Source of the DNA: Acidimicrobiia bacterium
GTDB lineage: Bacteria > Actinomycetota > Acidimicrobiia > Spongiisociales > UBA5794
Length of the DNA stretch: 64,000 nucleotides
Assembly: GCA_026985095.1 (NCBI GenBank)
Contig: JALSQW010000056.1
Location: 7,144-71,143, forward strand
Direction: 5' to 3'
This document shows positions 59,892 to 64,000 of this stretch, one piece after another. Each line of letters opens with the position of its first letter. The first letter of the stretch is position 1. The position numbers and the translations under genes were made by a program. Under the pieces are notes generated by a model, which did no database searches, had not been told where the DNA came from, and saw only the letters and a list, made by a program, of their open reading frames with translations.

Positions 59892-60494
59892 GTGCCGTGG
59901 ATGCGGAAACCGCTGATGCTCGTGGCGACCCTCGTGATCGTGGCTGCCGCCTGCGCTGGTGGGACGGCGGGGGACACGCCCTCCTCGACGTCGATCGCAT
60001 CGTCGCCGGCCACCTCCACGACCGCTCCTACGCCATCGTCGACGTCGTCGACCACGGTGTCCGATGGCGATGCTCCGGCTCCCGACGGCCCGACGGCGCC
60101 GGACTTCACCCTCGCCCTCGCCGACGGTGGGACGTTCGTCCTGTCCCAGGAGCCCAAGCCCGTCTACCTGATCTTCTGGGCCGAGTGGTGAAGCATCTGT
60201 CGACGGGAGTTGCCCGTCGTCGATGCCATCGCCCCCGACTACGAGGGTGAGATCACGTTCGTGGCCATCGCCGGGAGGTCGACCCTCGACAAGACGACAC
60301 CGGCCGCCGGCGAGCTGCTCTCGAACCTGCCGTGGGGTCTCGATGATTCGATCTGGGAGCTGTACGGCATCCCCGGTCAGCCTGCTTCGGTGTTGATCAC
60401 CGGGAACGACATCGTCGTCGACGGGTGGTTCGGCGCTCTGCCCGAAGACGAGATCCGAGCCGCCCTCGATCAGCTCGTCGCCTACGGCGCCTGA
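59892..60494 (+). CDS. TlpA/ResA-family thiol-disulfide oxidoreductase lipoprotein with an in-frame TGA at the first redox position (W-TGA-S-I-C): candidate selenoprotein, or a Cys-to-stop pseudogene
   Basis: One reading frame runs from the lipoprotein signal (lipobox VAAAC) through FWAEW-[TGA 60189..60191]-SICRRE into a complete thioredoxin-fold C-terminal half (WELYGIPGQPASVLI). The ORF track splits this into 59892..60191 and 60210..60494. Confidence 0.55.
60201..60219 (+). promoter_or_regulatory. candidate bacterial SECIS-like hairpin (cgacggg-agttg-cccgtcg) starting 10 nt after the in-frame TGA
   Basis: A 7-bp perfect stem with a 5-nt loop containing GU, at the spacing expected for bacterial SECIS elements. 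Confidence 0.35.
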
Positions 60495-61201
60495 GTCTCC
60501 ACCGCGGGGGGACGGGCCCGTCCACGCCTCGCGGCGGCGACGGCCAGTGCTCCGCCCGCGACGATCGCGGCGGCGTAGAACCAGACCGGGCCACCTCCCA
60601 GGGATGGTCGAAGCGGCTCGGTGACGAGACGAACCGCACCGGCGACGGCGATCGCGACGGCGGTCGGCATCCCGGGGATGGGCCGCCGGTAGGCCTTCCA
60701 CCACGCCAAGGCCACAGCCGCCGTCAGGTAGGCGAGCGCGGCGTACAGCTCGACGGGATGGCGGGTCACGGCGCTGCCGGGTTGCGCCCATGCCCACGGG
60801 AGGTCCGTCGCGCTTCCCAGACATGCCCCGCTCCTGAAGAGGCAACCGGCCTGCCATCCGGCCAGGCCGGCCAGGGCGGCGGCGGCGATGGCATCGGCGG
60901 CCACGACCGGTTGGCGGCGGAACGACCACAGGAACACCGCTACGGCGATGAGGCTCGCGCCCACGGTGGAGACCCCCGAGCGGACGATGATGATGTCGCC
61001 GGGGTTCGTCAGGGGATTGACGCCGTTGAGGAGCATCGTCACGATCCGTCCCCCGAAGATCCCGGCTACGGCAGCGAACAGCGCGGTGTCCCACAGGCTG
61101 CCCGCGCAGCGATCCGCGTTGCCCTCTTTGGCTTCCCACCACAGCATGGCCCACGACCCGAACGCTCCCAGGGCGGCCGCGGCGAGCAGGGTGAACTCCA
61201 T
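60482..61201 (-). CDS. lgt: prolipoprotein diacylglyceryl transferase-like membrane protein
   Basis: 239 aa. Lgt-like blocks are present: FGGRIVTMLLNG, GVSTVGASLIAVAV, HPVELYAALAYL. ATGA overlap with the upstream tlpA paralog. The assignment is moderately confident. Confidence 0.5.
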   Translation of the reverse strand: MEFTLLAAAALGAFGSWAMLWWEAKEGNADRCAGSLWDTALFAAVAGIFGGRIVTMLLNGVNPLTNPGDIIIVRSGVSTVGASLIAVAVFLWSFRRQPVVAADAIAAAALAGLAGWQAGCLFRSGACLGSATDLPWAWAQPGSAVTRHPVELYAALAYLTAAVALAWWKAYRRPIPGMPTAVAIAVAGAVRLVTEPLRPSLGGGPVWFYAAAIVAGGALAVAAARRGRARPPAVETQAP

Positions 61202-61704
61202 CAGCCCGACGCCAACAGCTCGTCGATCTGGAGCGCCAACGTGCGTTCGTCGATGACGCCGATGTGGATCTCTCGGAGGACGCCGCCGGCCTCGTAGAAG
61301 AAGGTGATGGGGATCCCCGGTCCGGCGCCGAGATCGGCGGGGATGCGTCCGTCGGGATCGGCGTAGTGCTCGATCGGCGCATCGGGGTAGAACTCGGCGA
61401 TGAAGGCCCTGGCGTTGTCCTGGCTGTCCTGGATGTTGAGGCCGACGAACCGTACCCGCCCCTCGAGGTCGGTCGCCGCGCTCGACAGGAGGGGCGCCTC
61501 GGAGCGACATGGGATGCACCACGATGCCCAGACGTTGAGCACGACGGGAAGGTCCGACGCCGTGACCAGGTCGTTCATCTCGGCGGTGGTGACGACCGGC
61601 AGCTCGGGGACGTCGTCGACGGAGACGCCCCGCGACGTGCCTCCGGCACAGGCCGCCGCCATGAGCGACACGGCGACGGCGACGACGGTGAGGCGGGTAC
61701 GCAC
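61201..61704 (-). CDS. TlpA family thiol-disulfide oxidoreductase lipoprotein (Cys version, WCIPC)
   Basis: Lipobox MAAAC. VLNVWASWCIPCRSEAP active site. Confidence 0.8.
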   Translation of the reverse strand: MRTRLTVVAVAVSLMAAACAGGTSRGVSVDDVPELPVVTTAEMNDLVTASDLPVVLNVWASWCIPCRSEAPLLSSAATDLEGRVRFVGLNIQDSQDNARAFIAEFYPDAPIEHYADPDGRIPADLGAGPGIPITFFYEAGGVLREIHIGVIDERTLALQIDELLASG

Positions 61705-61730
61705 GCCGGCAGGCTACCGGAGGAGCGGAG

Positions 61731-62330
61731 TCATCGGCGGCGGTCGAGTTCTCGGAGGACCTCGGCGAGATCGACACCACGCTCGGCGATCGCGACCAGC
61801 AGGTGGTAGAGGAGATCCGCGGCCTCCTCGACGACGCGGGCGCGATCCCCTCCCCAGTCGGCGTCCTTCGACGCGATGAGGACCTCGGTCGCTTCTTCGA
61901 CGAGCTTGCGGCCGGTCGCGTCCGGCCCGCCACGGATCAGCTCGGCGGTGTAGGAGCCCTCCGGCAGCGTCTCGGCACGGTCGGAGATCGTGTCCCACAG
62001 CGCGGTGAGGCCGAGGGGCCGGGGCTCGCCGAAGCACGTGGTCGATCCCGTGTGACAGGTCGGACCTGCGGGCCGGGCGGTCACCAGCAGGGTGTCGCGG
62101 TCGCAGTCGGCGTCGATCGCCACCAGGTGGAGGGTGTTGCCGCTCGTGGCACCCTTGCGCCAGAGTTCTCGGCGGCTGCGACTCCAGAAGTGGACCATGC
62201 CGGTGTCGATGGTGGCCTCGAGCGCCTCGCGATTCATGAACCCCACCATGAGGACATGGCCGGCGATCGCGTCCTGTACCACGGCAGGTACGAGGCCATG
62301 GTCGTCCCAGTGAAGGTCGTCGCCGATCAT
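61731..62330 (-). CDS. hisIE: bifunctional phosphoribosyl-AMP cyclohydrolase / phosphoribosyl-ATP pyrophosphatase
   Basis: HisI motif ([16 protein letters not shown]) followed by a HisE helical domain. Confidence 0.85.
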   Translation of the reverse strand: MIGDDLHWDDHGLVPAVVQDAIAGHVLMVGFMNREALEATIDTGMVHFWSRSRRELWRKGATSGNTLHLVAIDADCDRDTLLVTARPAGPTCHTGSTTCFGEPRPLGLTALWDTISDRAETLPEGSYTAELIRGGPDATGRKLVEEATEVLIASKDADWGGDRARVVEEAADLLYHLLVAIAERGVDLAEVLRELDRRR

Positions 62331-63106
62331 GGCGCCACCACCAGCGAGGGGACGCGAACCGGTAGGCCGGCCGAGGCCAGGGTCGCTTTCACCTCCGAGA
62401 TGGCGTGCTCGGACCGATGGAAGATCGACGCCGCGAGGACGGCGTCGGCGCCGCCGGCGACGAGCGCCTCGACCATGTGGTCGGCGTCGCCGGCGCCGCC
62501 GGAGGCGATGACCGGGATGTCGACCGCAGCGCGCACCCTGGCCAGCAGGTCGATGTCGTACCCGTCTTTGGTCCCGTCGCGGTCCATCGAGGTGAGGAGG
62601 ATCTCGCCGGCGCCGAGGGCGGCTCCGGCGGCGCACCAGTCGATCGCATCGATCCCGGTGGCCCGGCGCCCGCCGTGGGTGTAGACCTCCCACGATCCGG
62701 CGCCGTCGCTTCGGGCGTCGACCGCGAGGACGACGCATTGCCGTCCGAACGCGGCGGCGCATTCGACCAGCAGTCGGGGCCGCCGCACCGCGGCCGTGTT
62801 GACTGCCACCTTGTCGGCGCCGGCTCTCAGGACCGCCCGCATGTCGGCCACCGATCCGACCCCGCCGCCGACGGTGAACGGCACGGTGAGCACCGCCGCA
62901 GTCCGGTGGACGAGTTCGAGCAGCGTGCCGCGTGCTTCATGAGAGGCCGTGATGTCGAGGAAGCAGATCTCGTCGGCGCCTTCGGCCACGTACCGGGAGG
63001 CGAGCTCGATGGGGTCGCCTTCGTCGGTGAGGTCGACGAAGCGTACCCCCTTGACGACGCGGCCGTCGGCGACGTCGAGGCAGGGGATGATGCGCTTACG
63101 CAGCAT
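62327..63106 (-). CDS. hisF: imidazole glycerol phosphate synthase cyclase subunit
   Basis: [12 protein letters not shown] start and conserved TIM-barrel motifs. ATGA overlap with hisIE. Confidence 0.9.
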   Translation of the reverse strand: MLRKRIIPCLDVADGRVVKGVRFVDLTDEGDPIELASRYVAEGADEICFLDITASHEARGTLLELVHRTAAVLTVPFTVGGGVGSVADMRAVLRAGADKVAVNTAAVRRPRLLVECAAAFGRQCVVLAVDARSDGAGSWEVYTHGGRRATGIDAIDWCAAGAALGAGEILLTSMDRDGTKDGYDIDLLARVRAAVDIPVIASGGAGDADHMVEALVAGGADAVLAASIFHRSEHAISEVKATLASAGLPVRVPSLVVAP

Positions 63107-63707
63107 GGGTCGCCTGCCGGCAGGCTCGGACGAAGTTCGACAGCAGACGCAAACCGGCGGTGCCGCTGCGTTCGGGGTGGAACTGCACGCCGATGCGGTT
63201 GCCCGACCGGACCGCGGCGGTGAACCGTCCACCGTGGGCGGACGTGGCGATGATTACCGCAGGATCCTCGGGGACCGGTGCGTACGAGTGAACGAAGTAG
63301 AACGGCTCGCCCGAAGGGATGCCGTCGAACAGCGGGTCGCCGCGATGATGCACGTCGTTCCACCCCATGTGGGGGAGCGGTCGGCCTGCGAGCTCACGGA
63401 CCGTGCCGGGGATGACGCCCAGGCACGAGCCGCCGTCTTCGTCCGAGGTATCGAACAGGAGTTGCAACCCGACGCAGATCCCCAGCATCGGCCCGGGCCA
63501 GGCGGCGAGGGCGCGGTCCAAGCCGCGCTCGTTGAGCCGAGCCATGGCGGTGCCGGTCGCCCCGACCCCGGGGAGGATGACGGCGTCGGTCGCCTCCAGG
63601 GCGTCGGGTGCGGCGGCCACTACCGGGTCGATGCCGAGCCGCTCCAACGCAGCGACGATCGACACGAGATTGCCGGCCCCGTGGTCGATGACCGCGATCC
63701 GCATCAC
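63096..63707 (-). CDS. hisH: imidazole glycerol phosphate synthase glutamine amidotransferase subunit
   Basis: Class I GATase triad region ([12 protein letters not shown]..., FHPE). Confidence 0.9.
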   Translation of the reverse strand: MMRIAVIDHGAGNLVSIVAALERLGIDPVVAAAPDALEATDAVILPGVGATGTAMARLNERGLDRALAAWPGPMLGICVGLQLLFDTSDEDGGSCLGVIPGTVRELAGRPLPHMGWNDVHHRGDPLFDGIPSGEPFYFVHSYAPVPEDPAVIIATSAHGGRFTAAVRSGNRIGVQFHPERSGTAGLRLLSNFVRACRQATHAA

Positions 63708-64000
63708 AGTGTGCCCTTCGTCGAGGGGATCCCGGTCCGCCGGGGGTCGGGTTCAACGGCCATCCGCAGCGCGCGGGCGAGGGCTTTGAAGGCCGCCTCG
63801 GCGAGATGATGGTCGTTCCGGCCCGTCGCGGTCAGGTGGATGGTCATGCGGGCGCTGCGGGCGAACGCTTCGAGGGCATGGGGGATCATCTGGGTACCGA
63901 GGGTGCCGATGGCCGGCGTCAGGAACGGGAGCGACACGACGGCGTAGGAGCGTCCTCCGGCATCGACGGCGGCGGTGGCGAGGGCTTCATCCATGGGCAC
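63704..64000 (-). CDS. hisB: imidazoleglycerol-phosphate dehydratase (C-terminal part; the gene continues beyond the window end)
   Basis: C-terminal IGPD motifs (GRNDHHLAEAAFKALARAL). Overlaps the hisH start. Confidence 0.8.
   Translation of the reverse strand: MPMDEALATAAVDAGGRSYAVVSLPFLTPAIGTLGTQMIPHALEAFARSARMTIHLTATGRNDHHLAEAAFKALARALRMAVEPDPRRTGIPSTKGTL

Noticed and set aside
1-64000. Mobile elements, CRISPR arrays, prophage or defence islands
   Set aside because: There are no transposase, integrase, recombinase, Cas, restriction or toxin-like ORFs, and no spacer-repeat arrays. The only tandem repeats are short (12, 16 and 21 bp, 3-4 copies each) and lie in promoter or coding contexts.

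Overview
This 64 kb window is high-GC (about 70%) and gene-dense. Codon bias and gene content suggest an actinobacterial chromosome, possibly Acidimicrobiia-like; that is a guess. Coding density is about 90% on both strands. I found no transposases, integrases or CRISPR arrays, and the content is a mix of core and envelope/accessory genes.

Main blocks, left to right:
- MFS transporter, secreted 5'-nucleotidase, gamma-carbonic anhydrase and PEP carboxylase.
- PadR regulator with a small repeat-containing peptide, an FAD-dependent oxidoreductase and a P-type ATPase.
- An envelope-glycopolymer locus: LCP ligase, a Wzx-like membrane domain fused to a sugar-transferase domain, and a CoA-binding protein.
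- tRNA-Val followed by a disrupted gene.
- A five-gene peptide ABC importer preceded by a 16-bp x3 tandem repeat.
- A 1139-aa ExeM/NucH-type extracellular nuclease divergent from an orphan Flp pilin gene.
- msrA, and zur-znuC with divergent znuB around a putative Zur box.
- Nif3 plus its zinc-ribbon partner, a split TSUP permease, an LLM oxidoreductase, an aquaporin and a CheY-PAS regulator.
- RNase P RNA (rnpB).
- A sulfide-oxidation/sulfur-relay operon (PocR-HTH regulator, SQR, DUF1641, TusE, DsrE, DUF302).
- whiB, a MacB/FtsX-type ABC pair, trpD and hisB(partial)-hisH-hisF-hisIE.

The strongest hypothesis-level candidate is a TlpA-family lipoprotein redoxin whose CxxC motif reads W-TGA-S-I-C. 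A 7-bp hairpin starts 10 nt after the TGA, which is consistent with a selenocysteine-containing thiol-disulfide oxidoreductase. A Cys paralog and an Lgt-like gene lie next to it. The many long Arg/Pro/His-rich antisense ORFs in the ORF track are off-frame artefacts of the high GC content.

Coordinates I derived by hand-counting codons from the ORF track may be off by a few bases at start codons.
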